From Vicugna vicugna (taxonomy: Eukaryota), in the NCBI GenBank assembly GCA_013265495.1, contig MU059126.1, positions 7,058,349 through 7,122,348 of the forward strand: a stretch of DNA of 64,000 nt, given 5' to 3'. A program made the translations under genes and the position numbers. Below the pieces are notes generated by a model. It saw nothing but the letters and a program-made list of their open reading frames with translations, had not been told where the DNA came from and did not search any database. How positions within the stretch are numbered: the first letter of the stretch is position 1; the number at the start of each line of letters is the position of its first letter. Below are positions 11,405 to 25,456 of the stretch, in pieces.

Positions 11405-11625
11405 GAGAGAGGCGGTGTAGTCTCGTTAGTATCTGGCTAGAATTTCAGAGAGATCTGACTTTCAAACCCTAGGCAAGGTGCTTAAATGCTTTGAACCTCA
11501 GTTCTCTCTTGGTAAAACAGGATCATGAAACACTGCTCACCTAGTAGTTAGTCATTTTATTGATGAGTTTAAGTGATCCAAAGCATGAAGAGCACTTCCC
11601 ATGTAGTTAATGCTCAATAAATACA
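11405..11625 (+). mobile_element. MIR SINE
   Basis: GGCAAGGTGCTTAAATGCTTTGAACCTCAGTTCTCTCTTGGTAAAACAGG...TGCTCAATAAATA. Confidence 0.6.
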
Positions 11626-12119
11626 TACTGCTCCCGATTATTGTCAGTCCTGGATTGTTTTGTCTTGTTGTTTTGTTTTGTTTTGACATTCAAGTTGATC
11701 AATGTTAGATCATTTAGCTCATCCATCTCAAAAAAAAAATAAATAAAGCCACCTTGAAGGACTTGGGGGCAAAAAGGAGGCGGGCAGTTCAGCCTCTTTC
11801 AGGTATCCTTTTATCTTTTTCTCTTTGGCTGACACAAGTGTCACAGGTGGATGCCAAAGGTAAGAGTAAAAGGGGAGAAGCAAGAATCTTAGAGCATCGG
11901 ACACTTGTTGCCTGGAGTATCATACAGAAGGCTTTTGTGCAATCTTTTTCTCTCTCCCACTTCCAAAGGAGCTAGCTCAGGTACTGATTATTAAACTGGA
12001 CTTTAGGGAAAGTAGGAACTCCTGAAAACTATATGCAGACTTTTGACTGCTCATTTTTCCAGGAAGAGGTCTAACATATTGAAACATTTAAAGATGAAAT
12101 CACATGTAGAATTTGCAGG

Positions 12120-12240
12120 TAAGAGGGAGGTATATACAGAAAACAAGATGAGTCAGGAGTTGATAATTGCTGAAGCTGGGTGATGAGTACAGGAAGGTCT
12201 CTTTATATTACTTGCTCTACTTTTAAGTTTGAAACAACCT
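12120..12240 (+). mobile_element. old L1M 3' fragment
   Basis: TTGATAATTGCTGAAGCTGGGTGATGAGTACAGGAAGG...TATTACTTGCTCTACTTTT. Confidence 0.55.
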
Positions 12241-13094
12241 TCCCAAGTTCACACTGAGCATAGACAATTTATGTATGAGATACTTCATTTGCATTCATTT
12301 TCTATCTTCTTTTGCTATAAAAGGAAAAGTCAAGCACTTGGTCAATCTATTAACCTACCACAAGCATAAATTACTATTCAGGATCTTTGCCCAAAGCTGT
12401 CTTCTAAAGGAGTTGACTTTATGTTCCACGAACTGATCATGGATTTAATATGATCCGTGTCATTCCTCTGTAGTGCTGTCAGCCTGAGCATCTCTCAGAG
12501 AAACATTTTGTTAACAAAGTAAGTTGGATCTGCTCACGCCATGTTCTCATGGATAGAATCACGAGTGTGTACGTTAGCCACAAATGAAACATTTATTTAC
12601 TTGTGCAGAGGGTACAAAACTGAATTCATATTGACCTTTTCAGATCAAAATCAGGACTACCTCTTTCAAACAAAATGTGTGGTGATCTGTAGTTGATGTC
12701 ACCGCAGAAAAAAAATACAGCCAACTGAAATTTGAACTTATAGAGATATTTAGGAGGAGTTTTGATTTTCATCATTAAAAAAAGTCCGTTTGCAAAAAAA
12801 AGAAAAAGATTTATCGCACTCTACAAAGCAAACTCTCAGAGGAATTTAAGATTTGCTGCAAATCTATAAAAATGTATAAAGAGAGGGCACATCTATACAA
12901 AACCAATATATGTAACTGGGATGGCCCCACATGGATTTCTTTGTGTGACAAAAGTAATGGATAAAATGTGTGAAGAGGAAAGGGACAAAAATATTTTTGA
13001 GAACAGAAGTGGGAATTTTGAAAGAGATAAGAATATGGTAATATAGTGGGGTTTCTCATAATGAAAAATAATAATGAAAAACTGAAAACGAAGT

Positions 13095-13230
13095 AATTAT
13101 TGAACACTTACTGTGTGCCAGGTAGCTTTTCTAAAAGTTTTCAATGGATTTGCTCATTTAATGTTCACTACAACCCTATGAGGTAGGGGCTGTTATTATT
13201 CCCATTTTAGGGATGAGAAAACTGAGGCTC
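13095..13230 (-). mobile_element. MIR SINE
   Basis: CACTTACTGTGTGCCAGG...CAACCCTATGAGGTAGG...CCCATTTTAGGGATGAGAAAACTGAGGCTC. Confidence 0.8.
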
Positions 13231-14091
13231 GCTCCTGCTCACTATACTAAATACTGGCATGTTATGGGTTATCTGTAGAATTTATATTTCAACATAGTAT
13301 TGCTGACTGTGAAACTGTACAGAGTTCATTTGTAATGATTTTTTCACCTGAGTACTTGTTTTTCACATTTTCTTTATACATAAGCCTCTCTTTAATATAT
13401 GATCCTCACCTGGCTGCACACGAGGCATTAAACCAAAGTTTCTATTCCTAAGAAAACAGAAGCAGACATTGGGGCCAGCAGGGGGCCAATGAAGACAGAA
13501 CTTCACATCAGAGAATCAAAGTGAACATCCATTATGGGCAAACTGCCTCAGGACTTTGAGTAATTCAAGGGTTGATGCCTTTTCTTTCTTTTTTTGGGGG
13601 GGGTGGAGGGGGATGTGTTCGGGGAAGGGGGGGTGTCAGCACGCAAACAGAATCTTCCAGACTCAAAAGGAATTTTTGTTAACCAAAAGCATCTGCATCA
13701 TGGGATTTTTAAAGGAAAGGTTAAACCATTGTACAGTATAGTAATGTCTTTTATAAGAAAGAAAATGGGCCATTGTTATCATTGAAATGCCAGTCGCCAT
13801 ATACCTAACCAAATTAAAAAAAAAAAAAGTTAGGGGAGAGAAGTGCACAGATCAATCCTTTGTTAAATGGCCCAAGGTACTGTATGGTTTGGGGGTGGGG
13901 GAAGGGAATGGTTTAGTCGGTCCCCAAAAGTCTGTATCTTTTGTGTAGAAGATAGAAAGAGGGACCTCGTTGTGAAAGAACATCCCTCACTCCTCTCCTC
14001 CAGGAGCTTACAGATGGACGGTTAGGGTGGGGACAGGAGAAAGGGAAACCCACACACTCATTTACTTATAAGGTGCTCCTAGCCTTTAAGA

Positions 14092-14305
14092 CAGTGGCTC
14101 TCAACCGCAGGTGGTTTTACTTTGTGAGGAACATTTGGGAATGTCTGGAGGTATTTGCAGTTGTCACAATTCGGGGTACAGGGGGTGGCTGCTACTGGCA
14201 TTAAGTGGGTGGAGACCACCGATGACACCAAACATCAGAGTGCACAGGACAGCCCCACAACGAAGAACAACCTGGTCCCAATCTCAGCAGTGGAGACACC
14301 CGACA
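14092..14305 (+). mobile_element. MER20 DNA transposon
   Basis: CAGTGGCTCTCAACC...GGAACATTTGGGAATGTCTGGAGG...TTGTCACAA...GCTACTGGCAT...GCACAGGACAGCCCC. Confidence 0.8.
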
Positions 14306-17052
14306 CTAGGTAACGTTGTGTCAATTCACCACTGCAAACCGCTTTAGGGGAGATTTCAGAAAAAAAGGGCAACAAGACCAGCCAAGCCAAAGGAATGGTG
14401 TAGACAGTTCATAAACTACTGGCAGGCTTCCTTCTTGTACGAGTTTCATAGTCAACAGTTATTTCACGTCTCGTCTTGACATGCAAAGGACAGCTTTCCA
14501 GTTAAATGGAAGGAAGAGGAAATGTCCCATCATCACTGTGAAGAGCTGAATTCAAAATTCAAGACTTCAGATCGACCTTAGTTCCAGACAGTAATGTGGT
14601 CGGGAAAAGTAAATTGAGAATTACCAATTCAACACAATTATGATCCACTGTGCCCTAAAACTACACAGGACAAAAGTGAACAATTCAGATGATTTAAAAA
14701 AACACACTGGGAACTTGCTTTGGTGTCTCTGAGTGCATCAGCAACTGTGAGTGCACTGGTGACATCACTTAAAAGTCCCTTTTGTCTGATAAATATTAAA
14801 GGAACACGACTGTGCTCGAAAACAAAACCAGAGGTCATCAATTCTTAGTTTTACAACGTTTCACATAAATCCTCTTTCTCCAAAACTACAATAACAAAAC
14901 AACAAATAGTTTTCATCTGTTCATTTCCTACATCTTAAAAAAAAAAGAATTACCTTCCTCAATATATTTTAACAACTTTCAAAAGTTACTAATTTATAAT
15001 TTTATATCTGATGCACAGATTTTATTTTCTAACTGCTTTTAAAAGTATAAATAGAACTTAAGCCATTGCTGCTGTCTGTCCAGGCTGAATTGGGGCAGAA
15101 GGAAGCTAAGTGTGCTATTCTTCCTACTTCTGTGTATCTTAGACACTCTCCATCATAAAGTTATAAACAAAGAAAAAAGTCTAAATGGTTCTTAGACATA
15201 TAGACACATATATAATTGCACACAGACAAATGCTGCCTCGGGTGTTTATATAAAATAATTTAATCCTAATGATTTCAGTGGCCAATTCTTTATGGTCTTA
15301 AAGATTTTAGACCTAGCTTTATTTTTGCTACCTGCCTCCCCATCAGCTACATTTAAGGGGAAAAGGCTATGAAACACTCAGAAAGAAAAAACAAACAAAA
15401 AGCTAAAGCAGTAGAAATAGCACTAAACAGTATCTTCTCAAAAAGTTTTCATCTCATAACAACGCCTTAAGTGCACCACAAAAGTGCAGACTTAAATGAC
15501 CATGAACGGACTCTCAGTTTTTGCAAAGCGGTAAGTGGTTTCAACTGCCAAACTGAAGCTTTCTCACGTTGTGTTTTATCTAGCTAGCACTCTAGAAAAT
15601 GCCTGCATTGTGGTGTCTGAATCTGAGTGTTCCCTTCTCCCTTAGCACGGAAATACAGAATGAGGCAGTTATACCCTTACCACTGAATATGTTCACGAAC
15701 TTATCTTTTAATATAAAATGGTGAGGGGGGAGAGTGAGAGAGAGAGAGGAGAGAGAGTGCTTTCTTGAAATAAAAGAAATGATTAAAGAAAAGCATGTCA
15801 TGTAAGGCCAGGTAATACAAATATTATGGTTGCTTTTCCTTTAGATGGAACATGATTACTTACTTAACAACAAGCCATATAATTTTTCCATATTCAAAAT
15901 GGTCATCGGAGGGTAGGAGACTGAGTTCTAACACAATTTTTACCCTCTCTGTTCAAAGAGAAGAAAATTCGGGAAGAGAATGAATTTTTCTTGAGCATCT
16001 CTTCTGTAAAAGGCACAGGCTCCCGAGCCTTCACAGATGTGAATCTTACTTGATGCTCGCAACAGTGCTCAGTGCTATCACTAGGCTGGTGTACAGATGA
16101 GGAAACCGAGCACAGAGGAGAAATCACTATTCCACAGTCACTTGTCTGCTCTCACACAGTCAGAGATCGAAACCCAAGTTTGCTGGGTTCCAAACCAACC
16201 AAACCATGCAGGACACACCGAGGCTTTGCTTCTCAGGAGTGAGCAATGGCCTGTTACAAGTGATGGGGCAAATATGCTTATGCAAAGACCTCCAGAACTG
16301 GCACCATGGAAAGGAATGTACCAGAGGAAAACCACTCAGGGAATTTTACTGAACTTACTATTGCCCTTAAGACTAGGGAGGAAACAAAAATTGTATGACT
16401 TTTCTTATTAAAAACTAACAGATATGGCTGGAGAAAATTTAGAAAATAAGGATGAGAAAAGGGAAGGGGGAAAAACCACACACACAAATTCCATCCAGAA
16501 AGATAAATCCTGACAGCGAGATAGCACTTATCTTTCTATGGATCAAAGTACAACTTTAAGGTGGTCACAGGCAAAGTTAGCAGGACTGGAGCAAAAGTTA
16601 CCCTGTTCAGAAAGACCAAGCCCCCATTTTTCCTCCAGGGGGATTTATACTCATCTCTAAAACCTAAAACATACTTGCCAACCTGCCCATCAGCATCTTG
16701 CAACACTGCACCCAATTTAATCTCTCAGAGTAGAATTCAGATTTGGATTATTAACTTACATTACATGTTGCTACTCCTGATTCAACTATATGTTGTTGGG
16801 TCCCAATTCTAGGAAACAGGTGGAGCTACAAACAGCTCCATGCCACGTCTCAAGGGAGTAGAAGTGAAATCACCACTAAGAAGAACACGAGGAAGGTCAT
16901 ATAAGGAGCAATGTAATGCTGAAAAATCCTATGCTTTCCCCCAACCCTTTCAATTTCATCACACTCACATCTTTTACATCATGTCATAAATGCAACCACC
17001 TCACCTAAGAGAAGACTTGCAATCCACACTAGGTTTAAGGGCCAACAATGGC

Positions 17053-17078
17053 AAAAAAAAAAAAAAAAAAAAAAAAAA
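17053..17078 (+). repeat. poly-A tract (A26)
   Basis: Read directly. Confidence 0.95.
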
Positions 17079-18329
17079 TCGAGTCAAATAACCCCATATT
17101 CCAAAGTTAAGAAGGGTGAGCAATACCTAACAATTTCCCAGACTTATGACCTCCAACCACACACACTAACCTAAAAAATGCCAACAACTTAAATACACAC
17201 AAATGAGATTTTTGGGGGTCATTATCCCCAGAAACAGTCAATTGTGGTTTTGCAAAAGCATACTTACACATACTTTTCTAGACCATAAGACCACGTACCG
17301 GATGAAAGCTGACTGACGGCAGAACAGACATCCTTCTTGTTCTTGTACCTTAGTACTTAGTACAGTCTCTGACCTGCACTGCACGGCATGTTTATACTGC
17401 CAATAAACAGTATGTCAAATGAGCAAGAGATGATACCACAATCCTACTCTTCTAAAGATTAAAGTCTTCTAAAGATTAAAAGTGGTAGATGGACAGGTTC
17501 AACAATGGAGCTGGCTAATAAACTATGTTATGTTGTTTTATGATAATATTTAATTCTAAAAGAATCCACTTGCACATACTGTCATTAATTTAAAAAATCC
17601 ACAAGGAAAATATCATTCCAAGATATGGGATCCGGATGAAATTGAAATGTTTTACTTTAAAAAAACATCAGGAGACGAGTGTTAACACTCATATGAAAGC
17701 CACAAGCTTATTATGATGTACATCAAATTACTTTGTCTAGATACAGATATTCATTATTAGGCCACAGATTGTCTTCCCTGATATTAAATTAAAAATCAGT
17801 GCTATTTAGTAAATCTTTCCTTATCAAGCACAGCTTGCCTACATAAAATGATTTTAAAAGTTTATACAGCCTCAGATTTAACTCACTCAATTCTGAACCT
17901 ATAAAATTCCACAGCAAAAGGAGTCAGGAGTGTGTCTATATCGAAATTTGAGAAAGGTAAAAGTTACATATATTGATTTTTCTTATTAGGGAATGGAGAG
18001 TTCATAAGATTTTGCTCTGGCTTCTTAACCCCTAAATCCAACGTGCAGATGCCAAAGCTCTAGATATGAACATATGGACCCCATTATTTTTCATAATAAT
18101 GAAAATATATTAGCAATCTCCAACATCAGAAGAATGACAAAATACACTCATTTGCATTATTACATAAGTAGTAAAAATGATACATATGGGGAGTATACAG
18201 CAATATAAATACACATGATACTGAAAATAAAATGCAGACGTGAAAGTATAAAAGCTATAATTGCACTGACACAAAAACACAAGTTTTTTTTTAAATGAAA
18301 ACTATTTTAAAATACTTTTGTATCGGAGC

Positions 18330-18815
18330 AATGGAGTATGATATTTTTATCTTCTCTACCTTTCAAACTTTCCGATATAATTATTACAACAATTTGCCAA
18401 TTTCTTTGGGTTGCAGAGCCAGCCTCTGACTAGAGAAGTGAGAAAACATAGGTATTTCTTTTCCCGCCTCCCTTGCAGCTCAGGAGTGAACAGGGCACTT
18501 GGGATCCATGAATTGGTACTTGCACAGGACTCAGGAGCTAGAGATAAGGAGTGGGCACCCCTGGGGATGGTCACGGTGTGGGGAAAGGTTGGCTTCCTGG
18601 ACAGTAAGGGCAACAGAGCAGGCTTCTGTGGCTGTTCTGCAGACCAGTTCTGTGCTGTGGTTTGAGATACTGCTCCTGGCTTCATGGCTCCAAGCCTGGT
18701 TCTCTTATCCACCTAACAACTCTGCAGGTATCCCAATATCCTGTCAACAAATTTTTTTTCTTCTAAAGTTAACCAGTGTTGCTTAATGTTGCTAGCTATT
18801 AAAAACTCTGACATA
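18330..18815 (+). mobile_element. ERVL/MaLR solo LTR (LTR16- or MLT1-like)
   Basis: TTCCCGCCTCCCTTGCAGCTC near the 5' part. The 3' end reads AAATTTTTTTTCTTCTAAAGTTAACCAG...TGTTGCTAGCTATTAAAAACTCTGACA, typical of ERVL-class LTR ends. Confidence 0.65.
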
Positions 18816-20989
18816 GGGCCAAGCTCTGACTACTTTTATACATACATACATAGATGTGTTATAAATATATACATTGATTGCAGAAATAAGTACATATGTA
18901 AATATATATGAAATACATTTTTATGTACATAAATATATTTATTAACATATATATAAAGGGGAATTTTCATCAATTTTTAAGTTAGGAACTTTTCACACAA
19001 ACAAGAACTATATAGTATGATTCACTTTTACTCTGCCTGATTATGATGTAGGCTTCTTGCATTTGAAGGAATACAAACTCTGGTTTAAAAAAGAATTATA
19101 TGGTGAGGAAAAACCTCAAATGAATGTGTTCTCTTATGATTTCTTCACCCAGAAGCAAGTAAAATGAGCTGCTAGCATTTTTCTCTGGGCTAATCTTACA
19201 ATTAAATGCAATTGTAGTAAATGCAGATAGTAGGGATCTTTGAAGTAAGTAACTCTGGAGAAAAGAGCAAGTGATTATGTTTAATATCCATGTTTGGTTC
19301 TATGTATTGCACAGTTACTGACCCACAGAACACAAGAGTGGTTTGATACATAAAGAAGGACAATTACTTTATGATGTTTCCATTTCATTAGAACCAACAA
19401 AACTAGGCTTTATATCTCCTCCTCTGCTCAGTACAACACATTGCTCATAGCAGATATGCAATAAATATCTGTCAAAATACTGAACTGATAATGAACTATC
19501 CTGAACTGCTCACTGTTTGTATAGGGTAAGGCCCCAAGACTAGGAAGACAAGCTCAGGGTCCCTCTTCTTGGTCTCTTATCTTAACAACCAGTCAATTAT
19601 TACAATCCACCTCGTGAAACTACCCACCCTTTAGCTGTCACCCTTTCTCACGTACTTACTCATCTGACCCTGTACAACAATGGCTTCAACCCAATGCTCC
19701 TGCGGGGCAGGTGAGTGTCACTACTGCCACCTCATGAGTGGACAAAGCACCCCTAAGTCATTTGTGCAAAGACAGACAATAAATACGCAACAGAGTGTCA
19801 AGTTCCTCGGCTGGAGGAGGTTCACTGCTAGCCAAGTTCAAATATCTTCTTCTGAAGTGCAAAACTGTTCCTTGAAAACAAAATTGTTCAATTCTGGTAG
19901 CAAGTATCCATGACTATGAATCGTGTGTCTGGCTGTGTAATAAAGGAACAGGAGAAGGGGCAACCACAAGGCAAACAAGTGGGGAAGGCCCCAAAAACAA
20001 CTTCTCCCAAGAACTAGCGTTTTCTTAATTCACATTGCAAAAAGACGGAGAATCCCCCCTTTCATTTAAAGTGCCAAAATCCAATGTGCCACAGTTAACA
20101 AAACGCACAATATCAAACTTATATTGCATTCATGGAAGCTGATGACAGCTTTCTCTCATCCTGGATACAGAAAGGCTGAACAGGCACCACCACCAAAACA
20201 ATTAAAGGGGCTGCGTTTTATCATGTTATTAACATGTGTGTTAGGAAGATATAAAAATCACTGGCTCAGTTTACGTGCTGATGACCCCTGTGGAACTGCC
20301 TGGCTCTCCCCTCCTGCCCAATGAGCTGTGCTATTATTTATACCTAAAAAGAGTCAACTGCATTACAACAAATGAGATGCATCACTGTGCCCAATGACCA
20401 AGTATCTCAAGGGCTGAAATCTGAGTCACCTTCATGCAAACTCCACTATGTCACTGCTCCATTACCTCGGCTTCTTCTTTGGAACCTTAGAAAAACCCTA
20501 CATCACAAACGCAGGGCAAATGAGAGCTCCTGAGGAAGGATTTCTCTCCTAAAGAAAAATAACGGCATAAAACATGAAACGCAAAATAGGGCATGCTTCC
20601 TTCATATACTTGGACAGAAGTGTCATTCAGACACCAGTAACGCTACTACGTTGCTCATTAAACAAGGATAAAATGAGCTCATTAAAAAAATCTTCAAATG
20701 AAGACAAACATAAATCGAGACCAAAATGCCCCATTTCATTCTTCTCTTTGATTGCTTCTCTTTAGAAGTAATTACTTTTAGTGTTTACATGTATTTTTAA
20801 TATTTCTAGGCTAATTAAAATAGCATTAAACAGGAACACAATCACATAGGTACGACACATGCTTGCAGAACACTTGGTTATGTGATGCCTATGTTTCTAT
20901 AGTTTGCTTTTTAAAAAATATGTAGTAATATAATACAGACGACTAGATCTACCTCTTTTTTTAAAAGCAGCCACCTAGTGTGTTCTGTT

Positions 20990-21240
20990 CTACTAATATA
21001 CTTTTAAATCATTTCCAGATGAAAGGCATTTAGGTGGTTCCCAATTTTCACTATAATAAGTAATACATAATTGAATATTCTTGCACTCATGAACATACTG
21101 CACCACTGTATGATCTTTGGTGGGGGTGGGGTGGAGTCTTTAAGGTGGAGGACAGTTGGGCAAAATGCAAATGTCTGTTTTGCATTTTGATAGATGCCAC
21201 TCAAATTCTCTGCAAAAAGGCTGTTCCACTCATACTCCCA
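20990..21240 (-). mobile_element. old L1M fragment
   Basis: GGCATTTAGGTGGTTCCCAATTTTCACTATAAT...TTGGGCAAAATGCAAATG...TGATAGATGCCACTC. Confidence 0.55.
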
Positions 21241-21749
21241 CCAAAAGAGGCTCCAAGGGGCCACCTACCCACACCTTCCCCAGCGCTGACTCCGACAGGT
21301 TTGACGAGCTTCCTAACAATTTTTACAGGCAGCTTAACGAATGAGTATCACATTTTCTTTAGGAAATTATTAAGAAGCCTGACAAGTAAAGAAATCACAG
21401 GTAAAGTTCCTGTCCTAAAGATAATTACAGTATAAGGGAAAACTGCAACAAGGAAGACAACTAAAATACACCCAAGGAAGCTAACTAAGCAAAGAGAGTG
21501 ATGACAAACTTCTATGATAAACGCTTTGGCAGTCCCCTCCGTTGGGATGTTCCCCACTACTTTTTTTCCTTTAAAGAGTTTCCTCCTTTTTTTTGTTTCA
21601 ATTTTTAAGATTCATATACAATGATATCCTAATGGCTATCCCCTAGCCCCCGGGAATGAAAAAAAAATAAAATATTGCCATGTGTGCTTTAGTTTAAATG
21701 TTGGAGATAATAAGTCCCTTAGGTTCCCCTGTCCACTCCTGTTTCCCTT

Positions 21750-22480
21750 TCTCCCTCCCCAGAGGCAACTGTTACCCAGAATTTATTGTGTATCCATCCA
21801 GTCCATGCATTTACAACAATGCTATAAAGCATTGTTATTTTGTGTGATTTTCTTTAAAACATACACAAACACTGACCACATATATGTCTTAACCAATTTG
21901 CTTTTCTCACTCAATGTTACATTACTCAGATCTGCCCAACGATGATATATCCATATCCAAACCACCTATTTTCTTGATGTTGTGATGTAATCCATTCCCT
22001 TACTGATAGACATTTAGTTTGCAATTTGTTACAATCACAAATTGATCACTGCTGTGAACATCCCAGTGCCTGTCTCCTTTATGGCTTCTTTAGGGCATTA
22101 ACCTTGAAGTGGAACTGCTAATAGTAGGTTCTGGACATTAAAGACTTAAAGGTGTTTGGCCTTTAATCAATGCTCCCACCAGCAATGGATGAGGGTTCAG
22201 ATTTCCCAGTTCTGTCCAAACATAGTATTATCAGTCTTTTGAATTTTTGCCAATCTCATTGTTTGTAAAATAGTATATGGTTATCATGTGAATTTTCAGC
22301 TCTCTTAATTACAAATCGGGTTAAGCTTTTGTAAACTATCTATATTCCAGGCCCTTTCTCTCAGCCCACTGTGTTTCTTATTGATTTTCAAAAGTTCTTT
22401 ATATATTCTGGGTACTATGCCTATTATTTATGTTATCAATATTGTTTTCCTATTTACTACTTATCTTTCAGCTCCATGTT
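21750..22480 (-). mobile_element. old L1ME-type fragment
   Basis: CTGCTGTGAACATCCCAGTG...GAAGTGGAACTGCT...CTCCCACCAGCAATGGATGAGGGTTC...AGTTCTTTATATATTCTGG. Confidence 0.65.
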
Positions 22481-22879
22481 TCTGTTTAGCTACATCTACC
22501 TTCCTTGAAAACAGATTAAGAGTAAAAGCCATAGGAAGAAATCTTCCATTTTCAGGGTTTAATCAGGCTTGTGACAAGTACATTGAAGTCACTTCCTATA
22601 TGTCAAATAACTATATCATTAAAGACCATGAAAATTCAGACTTAGAAAAAAATTGAAGATTAAACAAACGGATTTGTACATAACTCACCCCTCTGTTACT
22701 TGGGAAAGTTCTGAAATGTCTCAGTTAAAGAATCTTAAGAGAAAGACACTTAGCAAAATGCGGGACCATGGCATTCATTAACCAGAGTGAGAAAACAAAG
22801 TTTCAGTTTTACCTCTCTAAAGACTGCCATCACACACACAACTAATAACAACTGAATTTTACTTTAAAAAGTAACAACA

Positions 22880-24365
22880 GAAGAACCAATTAGAGGGTGA
22901 TCTACCTGACTTCAAGACTTACTAGCTACAGTTTGGTATCAGTGTCAAGATAGACAGACCACTGGAACTTAAGAAATAGAGAGACTTACATATTTATGAT
23001 CAACTGATTTTGACTAAGTGCAAAAGCAATTTAATGGAGATTGTCTTTTCAATAAATGATGTTGGAACAACTGGACATCCATACATAAGAAAATGAACTT
23101 CAATCTGTGTCTTCCAACATATATAAACATTGTTCAGAACAGATCATAAAACCTAAAACTATAAAACTTCTAGAATAAAACATAGGAAGAAATCTTTATG
23201 AACTTGGGTTAGGCAAAGAGTTCTTAGAAATGACACCAAAGGCATGATAATAAAGGAATAAACTGATAAACTGGGCTGCATCAAAATTAAAAACTTTTGC
23301 TTTTCAACAGGCACTATTAATAGGTTGACAAGACAAAACACAGACTGGGTAAAAATATCGGCAAAGCGTGTATCTGGTAAAGGACTTCTAGATCAAGAAC
23401 AAATAAAGAACTCTCAAAATAAATAAAACAAACGACCCAATTTTAAAATGAACAAATGATTTGCACTGACACTTCACCAAAAGAAGGTATATAGATAACA
23501 AGTAAAGGAGAAGATGTTCTGCATCATCAGGGAAATGCACATTAAAACCACAATGAGATAGCATTCTATGTCTATCTGTTTACACACCTCCCAGAAAATG
23601 AAAAAGACTGACCATACCAAGTGCTAGTAAATGTAAGTAAAGTCAAGTAAAAATATTTTTTTTAAAAATGGAGCTCTCACACACTGCTGATAAGAATACA
23701 AAGTGGTGCAACCACTTTGGGGAAAAATTTGGCAGTTCCTTAAAAAGTTAAATATATGCCTATTACATGCATCACTGGGTCTGCTCTCAGATATCCACAG
23801 AAGAGAAAAGAAAGGATACATTTATACAAATACCTGTACATGAATTTTTATAGCAGCTTTATCTGTAATTAATTTGTAATTCCAAGACTGGAAACAACCC
23901 CAAATGTCCATCAATGGCAAATAGATCTACAAACTGTGGTATATCCATATAAAGGAACACTACTTAGCAATATAAAGGAACAAGTTAGTAACACATGCCA
24001 TGACACTGCTGAATCTCAAATTAATAATGTTCGAGTGAAAGAAGCCAGACCCTGCCTCCAATAAAAAAAGAGTACTTACTTGTATATATCCTTACTTACT
24101 AAACTCTAAAAAATGCAAACTCATCTATAGTGACGAATCACATCAGTGGTTGCCTGGGGATGAGGAGAGAAGGGCTGAACTGGGTGGGAAGGAGGGATGA
24201 TAAAGAAGCACAGGCAATTTTGGGGTTAAAGGGCATGTTCTCTGTCTTGACTGACGTAATCATTTCACTGGTGTATAATTCATCAACATTTATCAAAGAA
24301 TATACCTTCACAATATGTGCATTTTATTTTTTGTCAATTATGCCTCAATAAAGCTGTTTTTAAAA
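22880..24365 (+). mobile_element. L1MB/MC-type LINE, ORF2 3' part and 3'UTR
   Basis: CTACCTGACTTCAAGACTTACTA...TTCAATAAATGATGTTGGAACAACTGGACATCC...GGAAATGCACATTAAAACCACAATGAGATA...CAAATGTCCATCAA...TATGCCTCAATAAAGCTG. Confidence 0.9.
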
Positions 24366-24431
24366 ATAACAATAACTAGCAGTTATTGAAAAAATACTAT
24401 GAATGTGCTGTGCCAACATTCATATATACAA

Positions 24432-24435
<4 letters not shown>

Positions 24436-24467
<32 letters not shown>
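24436..24467 (+). repeat. (TG)16 microsatellite
   Basis: Read directly. Confidence 0.95.
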
Positions 24468-24468
<1 letters not shown>

Positions 24469-24609
24469 TTGTATCACTTGATGTATTCTTACCACACTGT
24501 GAAGCAGGTATTACTCACTCCCATTTTCAGAGGAGCAGGGAGATATAAATTGAGAAAGAAGAAATCTCAATTAACTCTGCATCATACTGACTACTGAATA
24601 TACACTAGG

Positions 24610-24900
24610 AACTGTCCTAAGAGCCAGGATCATGCAAAGATGTGGAAGTCATGTGGTCCTGCTGCCTCATTACACACAGCCTACTAGGGTGAAAATAACT
24701 AATGGTAGTAGAAAGGATAAAGTGGTATGTGCTGTGAGTGGAATGCTCGCACAATTCCTTGAAGGAGGTGGGCAGAGACTGGAGGAGTGGGAGGTGGAGG
24801 GGAGAGCAGAGGAAGTCAAGGAATGTCTCACATAGAAGGCAGTGTTCGCGCTGCACCTTATTGGTTGGAGAGCATTTGGCCAAGGATGGATGGAGACAGA
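24610..24900 (-). mobile_element. probable L2 fragment
   Basis: Purine-rich GGAGAGCAGAGGAAGTCAAGGAATGTCTCACATAGAAGG...; degenerate match. Confidence 0.45.
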
Positions 24901-25380
24901 AAGGCAGACCAGCAGAAGATATGAGCAAACCGTCAACATTTCTACTGCTGTCTTTTCATGCTGGTCAGTGCCTGATATAGGCAAACACACAGAATCTAAA
25001 AATGATTACACATTTCAGCTCTTCTCTGTCTTCAGCACGGTTAAATGGTGGGGCTGTCAAAGAGCAATGGAATGTCAATTTTTAAACTAGCAGGTATGTG
25101 GTATCTCTTTGGTTCACTACATTATTTTCAGAGTCTAGTACCCTGCTTGGCACACAGTCAGAACTAAGTCAGTATTTGTGAAATGAATAAAAATTCCAGA
25201 GTTTAAAAGGAGACAATTATTAAGGAACAATTATGAGTAACAGTGCTTCAAACCAATTGTGGCAAGTTGTCTCTGGAGCTTCCATTCAAAACTTATGGTA
25301 ATAATAATAATAGCCATTTACATTTACTAACACTTTTTTTGCATACATAGGCATTATCTCATATCTCCAACAATCTTACA

Positions 25381-25382
<2 letters not shown>

Positions 25383-25430
<48 letters not shown>

Positions 25431-25456
25431 GTTATTATTATTATTACTATTATTAC
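25383..25456 (+). repeat. (ATT)n microsatellite (16 perfect units, then degenerate)
   Basis: Read directly. Confidence 0.95.

Noticed and set aside
21750-24365. Adjacent opposite-orientation L1 pieces as a twin-primed 5'-inverted single insertion
   Set aside because: The pieces appear to cover overlapping L1 regions and look to be of different ages, so two independent old insertions are more likely.
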